From positions 18,465 through 82,464 of the forward strand of contig CAJJOL010000009.1 in the NCBI GenBank assembly GCA_905193385.1: DNA of 64,000 bases. The letters are read 5' to 3'. The position numbers and the translations under genes are program-made. Positions 21,106 to 30,441 of this stretch are shown in pieces. The notes below the pieces were generated by a model. That model worked only from the letters and a program-made list of their open reading frames with translations. It searched no databases and had not been told where the DNA came from. Source of the DNA: an uncultured Prevotella sp. Its GTDB lineage: Bacteria; Bacteroidota; Bacteroidia; Bacteroidales; Bacteroidaceae. Each line of letters begins with the position of its first letter. The first letter of the stretch is position 1.

Positions 21106-21953
21106 TACCTCTCCATCAACTCTCTTTCCCCTTCCTTCGCCTTTTCCAAGAACTTCTTGTATTCTTCGGCTTCCGGATTGAATGGTCGGTGGGCGAGAGC
21201 AGCCTTTATCGGGCGCCACTCTTCAAGAAACTTCACCGTCTGTTTGGAGAAGAACGTTTCGCCGAAGCGCTGCCAGATGTATTCCACAGCCTGGTCGGTA
21301 GGGTGGAGCATGTCTTCACGATAGAAACGGTAGTCGCGCAGTTCGTCGTTGACAATCTCGTAGGCGGGGAAATACACCACGTTGTCCATCTCCTTTGTCA
21401 GCTTGTCGGCAGCCAAAAGCAGCGTAGCCTTCGACAGCTGACTGCCGTGAAAGCCGTACTTGGCGTAGCGTATGGGGCTTACGGTGATGATGATACGAAC
21501 CGAGGGATTAATCTGCCGAAGCATTGTGACGGCGTCACGCAGATAGTCGGCACACTCGTCAACGCTCAGCTCGCGCTCGGTGAACAACCGCTGCGGACGT
21601 TTACGGCAATTGTCCACTATCTCGCCCGTCTCGTTGAGGATGTAGACATGATTGGTGCCGAGCGTGAACACGGCCGTCTGAGGGGCTTCATTGATTGCCT
21701 GACGAACGTCAGAACCGGAATCTGACGCTTCCGATTGGGCTGCAACAAGCTCTTCGGTCCATCGCTTCACGGTGTGCAAGATGCTTGCCGGGTTGTACAT
21801 TACGCCGTATGGATTGACCGTTGCACGAAACTTGTCCTCCACAAATCGCCGTCCGATGTTGTCGGCAAAGCATGAGCCTACAAAAAGCATACGCTCGCGC
21901 GGTTCGATAGCGAACGGCGCGAGCGTAATGTTTACTGGTGTACGAAACTCCAT
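21099..21953 (-). CDS. GSCFA-domain protein
   Basis: N-terminal FVGSCFADNIGRRF signature of the GSCFA family. ~284 aa. Confidence 0.7.
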   Translation of the reverse strand: MEFRTPVNITLAPFAIEPRERMLFVGSCFADNIGRRFVEDKFRATVNPYGVMYNPASILHTVKRWTEELVAAQSEASDSGSDVRQAINEAPQTAVFTLGTNHVYILNETGEIVDNCRKRPQRLFTERELSVDECADYLRDAVTMLRQINPSVRIIITVSPIRYAKYGFHGSQLSKATLLLAADKLTKEMDNVVYFPAYEIVNDELRDYRFYREDMLHPTDQAVEYIWQRFGETFFSKQTVKFLEEWRPIKAALAHRPFNPEAEEYKKFLEKAKEGERELMERYK

Positions 21954-21957
21954 ATTT

Positions 21958-24522
21958 TTATTTCTTCAGTTCGTTTGTTTCATTCTTGCGTCTCTTCGTT
22001 TCGAAGAATACGCCTGCTGCAATAGCAAGTACGAGCAACAGATAAGCCACATAAGCAGCCGTTTCGGTGTTCTTCACAGATGTAGGCTTGAATGTCAGCA
22101 CTACGGTGTGCTTGCCTGGCTTCACGTTTATTGCTCTAAGGATGTAGTTGACACGGCCCACGGGAGTGTCAGCACCGTCCACTTTGGCAGTCCATCCGGG
22201 ATAGTATATCTCCGAGAACACTACGATGCCACCCTTCTGCGAATCGACGGTGTAGGTCAGCTCGTTAGGCTCATACTTCTTCAGTGTCACTACGGCATTT
22301 GACTGTTGTGCTGCCGGCTCGCCAAGCGCATCCTTAAACTTGCTGTCGGCTACTGCCTCATGGCGCAAGTCAATCTTTCCTACGGCGTCAATCTCGGCGT
22401 TGGCATTGTCGACATAGCTTATACGGTCTACAAACCATGCGTTGCCGAAGGCGTACGGATTGAGCAGTGGTGCTGTCTGTCCGCCCTGCAGCGGCAGGAT
22501 TACGTACTTGGTGTTGAGCATGTTGAGCACCGGATAGATAGAGTCGCCAGCCACACGGGTCATGTCGCCTTGTGCGTTGACGATGGCACCCTGCATGTTG
22601 CGCATCTCCTTACCGATATACTGGTCGATCATCTCCTGGTAGCGGCGCAGCTTGGCAGCGTGGTATCCGCCTATTGACTTGTGATAATAGGAAGTCTCGT
22701 TCTCGTTGAACGTGTTCGAAGCGAGGTTGAGCACACGATAATCGGGCGCTTTGTCCTGCATGATCTGGCGGTCGGTGGCTGTCTCCTGTTGCGGAGTCTC
22801 GCGCACGCTACGCTCTACAAACATGTCGTCGTTGAGATAACGCTTGTTGACCTGCCACATATCCACGAGACAGAGCACGATGATGGCACCCACAGCATAC
22901 TTGGGCTGAATCTTCTTCATGCGCAGCAGCAACAGCACAGCGGTTCCGAGCACGATGACGAAGAGTGTGCGCCAGCAGTCGGCGGTGAATATCGAGATGC
23001 GTATCTCTTGCAGATTGCTGAGCAACGGACCCAGATATTCCGACGGAATCTGCTTCATTGCCTCCAGTTCTGAAGCCGAGACATAGTCGGGGAAGAATAT
23101 CGACGGCATGATGGCAAACAGCAGTGCCATGCCACCCGTAGCTATAAAGCTCGCCCACAACCAAAACATATTGGTGGTGTTGTGCGCAATGATAGGATGT
23201 TTCGACGTTCCGAGGTATATGCGTATCTTCTGTGTGAAGAAGTCGGGAGTGTCGAATATCTTCTTAAGCGCCAACATTGCCAGCAACGGAATGGTGAATT
23301 CGGCTATCACGAGTATCGAAGCCACCGTTCGGAACTTGGCATACATAGGCACATAGTCGAGGAAAAGGTCGGTAAACCACATGAAGTTGTGGCCCCACGA
23401 CAGCAGTATCGACAGACAGGTAGCAAGGAACAGCGCCCACTTCATCGGTCCTTTGACGATGAATAGACCCAGTACGAACAGCATCAGCACAAAGGCTCCA
23501 ACATATACCGGACCGCTTGTGCCGGGCTGGTTGCCCCAGTACTGTCCCAGTTGCTGGTAAATCTGATAGAACTGCGGGTCGGCTTTCTGCATAGCCTTTT
23601 CGTTCATGGCAAGCGGCATTGACGCTCCGCCCTTGGTGTTGGGTACGAGCAGGGTCCATGTCTCGTCTATGCCATAGCTCCACTGAGTGATGTAGTCGCG
23701 GTCGAGACCGCTGCTTGTCTGGTTGGCAGAGTTCTTCTTCACCAGCTCGCTCTTTCCTCGCATCGACTCCTGGGTGTACTGCCAGGTGTGGTAGAGGTTG
23801 GAAAGGTTGATGACAACGCCCAGTGCGGCAGCCACAAAGCACACGCCAGTAGCCTTGCCAAACTGTGCCAGGCGATGATTTCGCACGGCATCCCACAGAT
23901 AAGCCAGCACCATGAAGGCTATGATGAACAGATAGTAGTAGGTCATCTGCACGTGGTTGGCCTGTATCTCGAGCGCCGTGAACAGCGCCGTGATTACAAA
24001 TCCCCATACGTATTTGCCACGATATGCCAGCACAATACCTGCTATCATAGGCGGCAGATAAGCCAATGCTATCACCTTCCAGATGTGTCCGGCGGCGATG
24101 ATGATAAAGAAATAACTGCTGAACGCCCATATTATAGAGCCGAGCACTGCCAGCTCACGACGGAAGTCGAATGCGCGTAATAGGATGTAGAAGCCCAGAA
24201 GGTATGCAAACACATACCAAACGTTCTCGGGCAACCAAAGATGATAGAACTTGCCCACTTCGTTCAGAACCTGCTGGCTGTCGTACGACGGGGCCATCTG
24301 ATAAGTAGGCATTCCGCTGAACAGCGAGTTGGTCCAACGGGTGCGCTCGCCTGTGCGCTGATAATACTCGGTCAGCTCCTGACCCGAGCCTCGTCCTGCC
24401 GACGAGTCGTGACGATAGAGAATGCGGCCTTCGGTATCTGCCGGGAAGAAATAGGCAAATGCGATGACTGCAAACAGCAATACTACCAGAATGTCTGGCA
24501 GAAATCTTTTCAATGTCTTCAT
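21958..24522 (-). CDS. YfhO-family polytopic membrane protein (putative glycosyl/lipid-carrier transferase)
   Basis: 854 aa with >12 TM helices, an N-terminal MKTLKRFLPDILVVLLFAVIAFAYFFP segment and a large C-terminal extracytoplasmic domain. Size and topology fit YfhO. Confidence 0.6.
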   Translation of the reverse strand: MKTLKRFLPDILVVLLFAVIAFAYFFPADTEGRILYRHDSSAGRGSGQELTEYYQRTGERTRWTNSLFSGMPTYQMAPSYDSQQVLNEVGKFYHLWLPENVWYVFAYLLGFYILLRAFDFRRELAVLGSIIWAFSSYFFIIIAAGHIWKVIALAYLPPMIAGIVLAYRGKYVWGFVITALFTALEIQANHVQMTYYYLFIIAFMVLAYLWDAVRNHRLAQFGKATGVCFVAAALGVVINLSNLYHTWQYTQESMRGKSELVKKNSANQTSSGLDRDYITQWSYGIDETWTLLVPNTKGGASMPLAMNEKAMQKADPQFYQIYQQLGQYWGNQPGTSGPVYVGAFVLMLFVLGLFIVKGPMKWALFLATCLSILLSWGHNFMWFTDLFLDYVPMYAKFRTVASILVIAEFTIPLLAMLALKKIFDTPDFFTQKIRIYLGTSKHPIIAHNTTNMFWLWASFIATGGMALLFAIMPSIFFPDYVSASELEAMKQIPSEYLGPLLSNLQEIRISIFTADCWRTLFVIVLGTAVLLLLRMKKIQPKYAVGAIIVLCLVDMWQVNKRYLNDDMFVERSVRETPQQETATDRQIMQDKAPDYRVLNLASNTFNENETSYYHKSIGGYHAAKLRRYQEMIDQYIGKEMRNMQGAIVNAQGDMTRVAGDSIYPVLNMLNTKYVILPLQGGQTAPLLNPYAFGNAWFVDRISYVDNANAEIDAVGKIDLRHEAVADSKFKDALGEPAAQQSNAVVTLKKYEPNELTYTVDSQKGGIVVFSEIYYPGWTAKVDGADTPVGRVNYILRAINVKPGKHTVVLTFKPTSVKNTETAAYVAYLLLVLAIAAGVFFETKRRKNETNELKK

Positions 24523-24582
24523 TTATATGATGTTTTGTTTTGTTACGAATGGTTTTTTGTTACGTCAGCTACGATTGCCGGC

Positions 24583-26430
24583 TTACGTCAGTTCCAATCC
24601 CATGGCTTCAACGAACGAGCGCACTTCCTTCTGCTTCATCAGTTCGTCGAACACCTCCTTCTTGGTGAGTTTCTTGCTTATCTCCTCGGCTTTGGCAAGT
24701 CGCAGCGTCAGCGTTATGTTGCCGTTGTGCAGAGCCTTTGCCATAGTTGCGCGTATTCGTCCCTTGATTGTCTCCACTTGGTCGAGCAACATCTGGTTGT
24801 CTACGATTATTTCGATGGCAGGAAATTCTGCTATGCGTGGCCTCATGTTCTTCATTCGTGAGGCAAGACTTATCATCTTCTGCGGCATTCGGTTGCACAT
24901 TGAGAGCCATTGCAGTTCGAGGAAGTCTTGTGTGAACTCCTCGTTCTCCTCCTTATTGGTTATCTCTGCCTCCTGCTTCTGCTCCTGTTGCTGCTTCTGC
25001 TGAAGACTTTGGAATGTAATTCCGAGACTTGAGAGCTTCATGGCAGGGCGTTTGGGTGCAGCCGTAGTGGCTGATGTCGTAGCCGTGGCTGCCGATGTGG
25101 CTCCCGCTGATTGCGTGATGTGTGCCGAGGCAGCGCCCATTGCTGCTGCCAGAGCGGCGTCTTCGCCTGCCGGAACAGTTGCCGTTGCCGTCGGCTGATG
25201 TCGGTGTGAGGGGATGTTGTTGTCATTTCCCGGAGCGACCACCTGCCGAGCCGCTGTGTTCCGGGTCATTGTTAAGTGCTTGAACAGGGATTTCAGACGT
25301 TTGGGGCTACGCCCCGCGCCATCAGAAGCGTCTTCTGGCTGCGTCAGCTGAGCCACTTGTATGAGCGTAAGTTCAACGAGCAGTCGCTTGTTGCTGCTCT
25401 GTCTGTACGAGAGGTCGCACTGGTTGGTCAGCTTCAGCGTCTGATACAGGAACTTGGTGGGGCAGCGTCGGGCTTGGTCGGCATACTTCTGCACCTGCTG
25501 CTGGCTTGCGTCGAGCAGCTTCAGGGTGCTCTCGTCCTTAGCCATAAGCACGTTGCGCACGTGCGACGCCAGTCCGTTGATGAGGTTGCCCCCGTCAAAT
25601 CCCTTTTCAATAATGCTGTTGAGCAGCACCATTATATCGCTCACCTTGTTCTCAAGTGCCAAGTCAACCATACGGAAATAGTTGTCGGTGTCCAGCTCGT
25701 TGAGGTCTTCAATCACCTTGGCGTATGTGATGTTGCCCTGGCAGAAGCTCGCAGCCTGGTCGAATATCGACAGAGCGTCGCGCATACCGCCGTCGGCTTT
25801 CTCGGCAATAACAGCCAGAGCCTCTTCCTCGTAAGTGATGCCTTCCTTCTGCGCTACGTTCTTCAAGTGCGATATGGTATTCTCCACAGTCATTCTTTCG
25901 AAGTCGTATATCTGGCAGCGCGACAGGATGGTAGGCAGAATCTTGTGCTTCTCGGTGGTGGCGAGGATAAAGATGACGTGTGCCGGCGGTTCCTCAAGCG
26001 TCTTGAGGAAAGCGTTGAAGGCGGCAGACGACAGCATGTGCACCTCGTCGATGATGAAAACCTTGTACTTGCCCACCTGTGGCGGAATGCGTGTCTGCTC
26101 CATGAGCGACTTGATATGCTCCACCGAGTTGTTGCTGGCGGCATCAAGTTCGAAGATGTTGTACGAGCGTTGTTCGGCAAAAGCCTTGCAGCTCTCGCAC
26201 TCTCCGCATGCTTCGCCGTCCTGAGTGGGGTTCATACAGTTGATGGCTTTGGCAAAGATGCGTGCGCAAGTGGTCTTGCCCACACCGCGCGGGCCGCAGA
26301 ACAGGTAGGCATGGGCAAGCTTTCCGCTCTTCACGGCGTTCTTCAGAGTTGTAGTAAGAGCCTTTTGCCCCACCACAGAGTCGAACGACATCGGGCGGTA
26401 TTTGCGTGCTGAAACTATATATTCTTCCAT
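24583..26430 (-). CDS. dnaX: DNA polymerase III subunits gamma/tau
   Basis: AAA+ clamp-loader motifs LFCGPRGVGKTT (Walker A), DEVHML (Walker B), Zn-finger CGECESC, and a Pro/Ala/Thr-rich linker. Confidence 0.9.
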   Translation of the reverse strand: MEEYIVSARKYRPMSFDSVVGQKALTTTLKNAVKSGKLAHAYLFCGPRGVGKTTCARIFAKAINCMNPTQDGEACGECESCKAFAEQRSYNIFELDAASNNSVEHIKSLMEQTRIPPQVGKYKVFIIDEVHMLSSAAFNAFLKTLEEPPAHVIFILATTEKHKILPTILSRCQIYDFERMTVENTISHLKNVAQKEGITYEEEALAVIAEKADGGMRDALSIFDQAASFCQGNITYAKVIEDLNELDTDNYFRMVDLALENKVSDIMVLLNSIIEKGFDGGNLINGLASHVRNVLMAKDESTLKLLDASQQQVQKYADQARRCPTKFLYQTLKLTNQCDLSYRQSSNKRLLVELTLIQVAQLTQPEDASDGAGRSPKRLKSLFKHLTMTRNTAARQVVAPGNDNNIPSHRHQPTATATVPAGEDAALAAAMGAASAHITQSAGATSAATATTSATTAAPKRPAMKLSSLGITFQSLQQKQQQEQKQEAEITNKEENEEFTQDFLELQWLSMCNRMPQKMISLASRMKNMRPRIAEFPAIEIIVDNQMLLDQVETIKGRIRATMAKALHNGNITLTLRLAKAEEISKKLTKKEVFDELMKQKEVRSFVEAMGLELT

Positions 26431-26462
26431 ATTATATAATGTGCAATGATGATAATCAACTG

Positions 26463-26470
26463 CAAACTTA
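26463..26470 (-). promoter_or_regulatory. -7 box TAAGTTTG for dnaX (minus strand)
   Basis: Reverse complement of CAAACTTA ~33 nt upstream of the dnaX start. Divergent partner of the + strand box at 26516. Confidence 0.4.
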
Positions 26471-26515
26471 CTATAAAAAATTCTATTTTCGTGTATGAAT
26501 ACGGAAAATTATGAG

Positions 26516-26523
26516 TAAGTTTG
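26516..26523 (+). promoter_or_regulatory. -7 box TAAGTTTG for ftsB-like gene
   Basis: TAnnTTTG ~19 nt before the ATG at 26542. Confidence 0.4.
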
Positions 26524-26541
26524 CATACAAATTAAATAACA

Positions 26542-26877
26542 ATGGGTCGTCTTAAACTTATAATGGCTCTTGTGGGCCACTACAAATATGCTATTGTCAT
26601 CATCGCCGGAATAATACTTGTAGGCTTTGTCGATGAGAACAGCTTTATGCATCGCGTCCAGTTGGAAATGCAGATAAGCGATCTTCGCCAGCAAATAGAC
26701 AAGTACAACACACAGAACGAGGACGACATGCGAAAGCTTAAGGAGCTTAATCATGATCCGGGTGCTTATCAGAAGATTGCACGCGAACGCTATTTTATGC
26801 AGACCGATGACGAGGACATTTATGTCTTGAGTGACGATAAAAAAACAGAATCCGACAATAATGAAACAAATGAGTAG
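26542..26877 (+). CDS. Septum formation initiator family protein (FtsB/DivIC-like)
   Basis: Single N-terminal TM followed by a coiled-coil (QISDLRQQIDKYNTQNEDDMRKLKEL). ~110 aa. Confidence 0.6.
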   Translation: MGRLKLIMALVGHYKYAIVIIAGIILVGFVDENSFMHRVQLEMQISDLRQQIDKYNTQNEDDMRKLKELNHDPGAYQKIARERYFMQTDDEDIYVLSDDKKTESDNNETNE

Positions 26878-27286
26878 AGTACAGAGTATGCTGTTCCTCA
26901 CAGGAGGCATACTTATGGTTATAGGAGCAGGATGTTTCGCGTTCATGTTTGCACGCGAGGCGGTTTGCTGGATTTATCTTGTGGGTGCATTGTTGTTCGC
27001 CTGGATGCAGGTGAGCGAAACTTATGAGGGCAACAACCCCACCATCAAGCGTCTGAAGCGTATCATGACGCTTGCCGACATATTGTTCGTGTTCTCTGGA
27101 CTGTTGATGATCGACACAGCATTTCAGTTTCTTCGCGATACATTCACCAATTATACCACATACATAGAGGTGGTTTACAACAAGTGGGTGTTATTGCTGC
27201 TCGTGGCTGCCATTCTCGAAATGTACACTATGCACCGCATCAGCAGTTGTCTGAAAAAGGAAGATAACACTCCCGCAACAGAGTAA
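26861..27286 (+). CDS. Hypothetical small membrane protein (3-4 TM)
   Basis: ORF with hydrophobic helices. Overlaps the stop of the upstream gene. No recognisable motif. Confidence 0.45.
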   Translation: MKQMSRVQSMLFLTGGILMVIGAGCFAFMFAREAVCWIYLVGALLFAWMQVSETYEGNNPTIKRLKRIMTLADILFVFSGLLMIDTAFQFLRDTFTNYTTYIEVVYNKWVLLLLVAAILEMYTMHRISSCLKKEDNTPATE

Positions 27287-27379
27287 CGGGCGGCATAAGG
27301 CGTGTCGCTAAAAAATCTAAATAAGAATAATCTTAATTTAAAACTCGGCAAAAACGTCTGTTATTCAAATAATACATAT

Positions 27380-27387
27380 TACCTTTG
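27380..27387 (+). promoter_or_regulatory. -7 box TACCTTTG
   Basis: TAnnTTTG ~33 nt upstream of the ATG at 27421. Confidence 0.45.
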
Positions 27388-27420
27388 TCTGTATACAAAT
27401 TTACAAGAAACCACATTTTT

Positions 27421-28194
27421 ATGAGTAAAATACTTTACGCTTTTATTACAATCATGGCGTTAGCGTCATGCGGCAATTCTTATAACATCCAGGGATCGTC
27501 AAATGTTTCAACGCTCGATGGACGCATGCTCTATCTGAAAGTACTGCATGACAACGACTTCAAGACTATTGATTCGTGCGACGTTGTACATGGTCAGTTC
27601 CATTTCAATGGTTCTTTCGACTCTATATGTATGGCCAATATTTTCATGGATGATGAAAGCGTACTGCCTCTCGTGCTCGAAAAGGGTGACATCACTATCA
27701 AAATAGACAACACTCAGCAAACAGTCAGCGGCACACCGCTCAATGATGAGCTGTTCAAGTTCTTCAATCGCTACAACCAACTGAAGAATCAGGAGGCAGA
27801 ACTCATCCATATGCACGACCGCGCAATCATGGACGGCTCGGACATGAATGCCGTTAACCGTCGCATCAGTGCCGAGGCTCAGCGCCTGACAGAGCAGGAG
27901 GACAAGCTCGTTACATCGTTTGTGACCGACAACTTCGACAATGTGCTCGGTCCCGGCGTATTCTTCATGGTGACAATAGGCTATCGCTATCCTGAACTCA
28001 CACCGTGGATAGAGGACATTATGAGCAAGGCTACTGATAAGTTCAAGAACGATCCTTACGTAAAGGACTACTATAAGAAGGCACAGGAGAATCAAGCCAT
28101 AATGAATGGAATGAAGACTCCTGAACCGGCAATGTCTGCTCCAGCTCCAGCCCAGGGTCCAACTCCCAATGAGCTGGCTGCGCCTGCCCAATAA
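27421..28194 (+). CDS. Lipoprotein, DUF4369-like N-terminal domain, Pro/Ala-rich C-terminus
   Basis: Lipobox LASCG. N-terminal region resembles the DUF4369 fold found in Bacteroides thioredoxin-like lipoproteins, but no CxxC thioredoxin motif is present. Confidence 0.45.
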   Translation: MSKILYAFITIMALASCGNSYNIQGSSNVSTLDGRMLYLKVLHDNDFKTIDSCDVVHGQFHFNGSFDSICMANIFMDDESVLPLVLEKGDITIKIDNTQQTVSGTPLNDELFKFFNRYNQLKNQEAELIHMHDRAIMDGSDMNAVNRRISAEAQRLTEQEDKLVTSFVTDNFDNVLGPGVFFMVTIGYRYPELTPWIEDIMSKATDKFKNDPYVKDYYKKAQENQAIMNGMKTPEPAMSAPAPAQGPTPNELAAPAQ

Positions 28195-28257
28195 GGGTGA
28201 GGTGTTGAGATGGTGAGATCACACCATCTCAATACAACAACATAACAACTTTAGAAT

Positions 28258-29583
28258 ATGAAAACACTTATATTTGGAGGAACCGTTGTCAATGAAGGTG
28301 TAGCCCGAAAGGCTTCCGTGATTGTTGACAATGATGTTATAACAGAGATAGTTGAAGGTACAGACTCTCCCCGTGGCAACTACGACAGCGTCGTGGATGC
28401 TACGGGGTGTTTTGTTTTACCAGGTGTGATTGACGACCATGTGCACTTCCGCGACCCCGGATTGACACAGAAGGCCGACATCGAAACGGAAAGTCGTGCA
28501 GCTGCATTTGGCGGTGTCACGTCCTATTTCGATATGCCCAACACCAATCCGCAGACCACAACGCTCGAGGCACTCAACGACAAGTATGCCGACGCAGCAC
28601 GCAAGTCGCACGTCAACTATGGCTTCTTCATCGGTGCCACCAACGACAACATCGATGTAGTTACGTCGATAGACCCGCACCGCGTGCCTGGTATAAAGCT
28701 GTTTATGGGTTCAAGCACCGGCAATATGCTTGTCGACCGTAAGGAAGTGCTGCAACAGTTGTTTGCCAAATCGGCTCTGCCCATCATGGCACATTGCGAG
28801 GACACCGACATAATCAATAGCAACATGGCTGAGGCTAAGGCCAAGTATGGCGAAGATCCGGCTGTAGAGCATCATCCCGAGATTCGTTCGGAGGAGGCAT
28901 GTTGGCAGTCTACGCGTCTGGCTGTAGAACTTGCAGAGCAGACCGGAGCTCGTCTGCACGTAGCACACCTCACCACAGCACGCGAGTTGCAACTCTTCGG
29001 CAACAACCCGCGCATCACCGCAGAGGCTGTCATAGCCCATCTGTTCTTCTCGGATGCCGACTATGCCACACTCGGAACACGCATCAAGTGCAATCCTGCA
29101 ATCAAGACAGCTGCCGACCGTGACGCTCTGCGTGCTGCACTCAACGACGGACGCATAGCAACCATCGGTACCGACCACGCTCCGCATCTTCTTGCCGACA
29201 AGCAGGGCGGATGTGCCCGTGCTGCTTCGGGAATGCCTATGGTGCAGTTTTCGCTCGTTGCCATGCTGCAACTCGTCGATGATGGCGTGCTCACCATTGA
29301 GCGTCTGGTGCAGCTGATGAGCCATAACCCAGCCGAACTGTTCGGCGTGTCGCGTCGTGGCTATCTGCGTCCGGGCTACAAGGCCGACATAGTGCTTGTG
29401 CGTCCCGACTCGCCCTGGACTGTCGACAAGGACTGCATACAGAGCAAATGCGGATGGAGTCCGATGGAGGGACACACATTCGCATGGCAGGTGCGTACCA
29501 CAATGTGCAACGGCAGCATAATATACAACAATGGAGCATTCGACACCAAGAGCCGTGGTGAGGCTTTGGAGTTCAGAATCTGA
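28258..29583 (+). CDS. pyrC: Dihydroorotase (cyclic amidohydrolase superfamily)
   Basis: Metal-binding HVHFRDPG motif and carboxylated-Lys region. 441 aa, matching long-form dihydroorotases. Allantoinase or hydantoinase cannot be excluded. Confidence 0.75.
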   Translation: MKTLIFGGTVVNEGVARKASVIVDNDVITEIVEGTDSPRGNYDSVVDATGCFVLPGVIDDHVHFRDPGLTQKADIETESRAAAFGGVTSYFDMPNTNPQTTTLEALNDKYADAARKSHVNYGFFIGATNDNIDVVTSIDPHRVPGIKLFMGSSTGNMLVDRKEVLQQLFAKSALPIMAHCEDTDIINSNMAEAKAKYGEDPAVEHHPEIRSEEACWQSTRLAVELAEQTGARLHVAHLTTARELQLFGNNPRITAEAVIAHLFFSDADYATLGTRIKCNPAIKTAADRDALRAALNDGRIATIGTDHAPHLLADKQGGCARAASGMPMVQFSLVAMLQLVDDGVLTIERLVQLMSHNPAELFGVSRRGYLRPGYKADIVLVRPDSPWTVDKDCIQSKCGWSPMEGHTFAWQVRTTMCNGSIIYNNGAFDTKSRGEALEFRI

Positions 29584-29588
29584 TATAT

Positions 29589-30410
29589 ATGAATAATGTA
29601 ACACAGATAGATTTCAACATCGCCCAACTGCGTCCTTACATCAACTGGTTGTACTTCTACCATGCGTGGGGACTCGCCGGCAAGCCCCAATCCGAGAAGG
29701 ACAAACTGCTCAACGAGGCAAACGTCATGCTCGACCAGCTGCAACAGCGCTATCAGACGCATGCACTTGTAGGCCTGTTCGATGCCAATGCCGACGGCGA
29801 CGACATCGTAGTAGGCACAGAACGCATGCCGATGCTGCGCCAGCAGCGCCCCTCCGAGCCGGGAGCACCTTACCTCTGTCTTGCCGACTTTGTGCGTCCG
29901 CTCTCGTCGGGCATTAAGGATAGGGTGGGAGTGTTTGCCGCCAGCATCGACGAGTCGATAGAACACGACTTTCAGCAGGACGACTTCCAACGCATGCTCG
30001 CCCAAACCCTTGCCGACCGATTGGCTGAAGCCACTGCCGAAATCACCCACTTGCAGGTGCGCCGGACTATATGGGGATATGCTCCCGACGAAAATCTCGA
30101 CATACCGCAGCTCCTTCGCGAGGACTTTCAGGGCATACGCCCAGCCGTGGGTTATCCGTCAATGCCCGATACGAGCCTTAACTTCATCATCGACCGCCTC
30201 ATCGACATGAAGCGCATAGGCATACGCCTCACCGACAGCGGTGCCATGAAGCCCCATGCTTCTGTGTCAGGTCTGATGTTTGCACATCCCAAGGCCCATT
30301 ATTTTGACATCGGACGCATCGACGACACCCAGTTGCGCGACTATGCACGGCGCCGTCATGTGCCAGTGGAGCTGATGCGTAGGTTTCTCGCTTCACGACT
30401 CGTAGACTGA
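29589..30410 (+). CDS. Stand-alone cobalamin-dependent methionine synthase activation (AdoMet-binding, reactivation) domain protein
   Basis: INWLYFYHAWGLAGKP matches the MetH activation-domain signature (E. coli IDWTPFFMTWSLAGKYP). Length ~270 aa equals one Met_synt_B12 domain. Confidence 0.55.
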   Translation: MNNVTQIDFNIAQLRPYINWLYFYHAWGLAGKPQSEKDKLLNEANVMLDQLQQRYQTHALVGLFDANADGDDIVVGTERMPMLRQQRPSEPGAPYLCLADFVRPLSSGIKDRVGVFAASIDESIEHDFQQDDFQRMLAQTLADRLAEATAEITHLQVRRTIWGYAPDENLDIPQLLREDFQGIRPAVGYPSMPDTSLNFIIDRLIDMKRIGIRLTDSGAMKPHASVSGLMFAHPKAHYFDIGRIDDTQLRDYARRRHVPVELMRRFLASRLVD

Positions 30411-30441
30411 CGCTGTAAGTTCAGAAGATAATCAAGTATAA

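Noticed and set aside
25276-26412. 378-aa plus-strand ORF antisense to dnaX
   Set aside because: dnaX motifs (Walker A/B, Zn finger) are unambiguous on the minus strand. The antisense ORF is Leu/Val/Ala-rich shadow.
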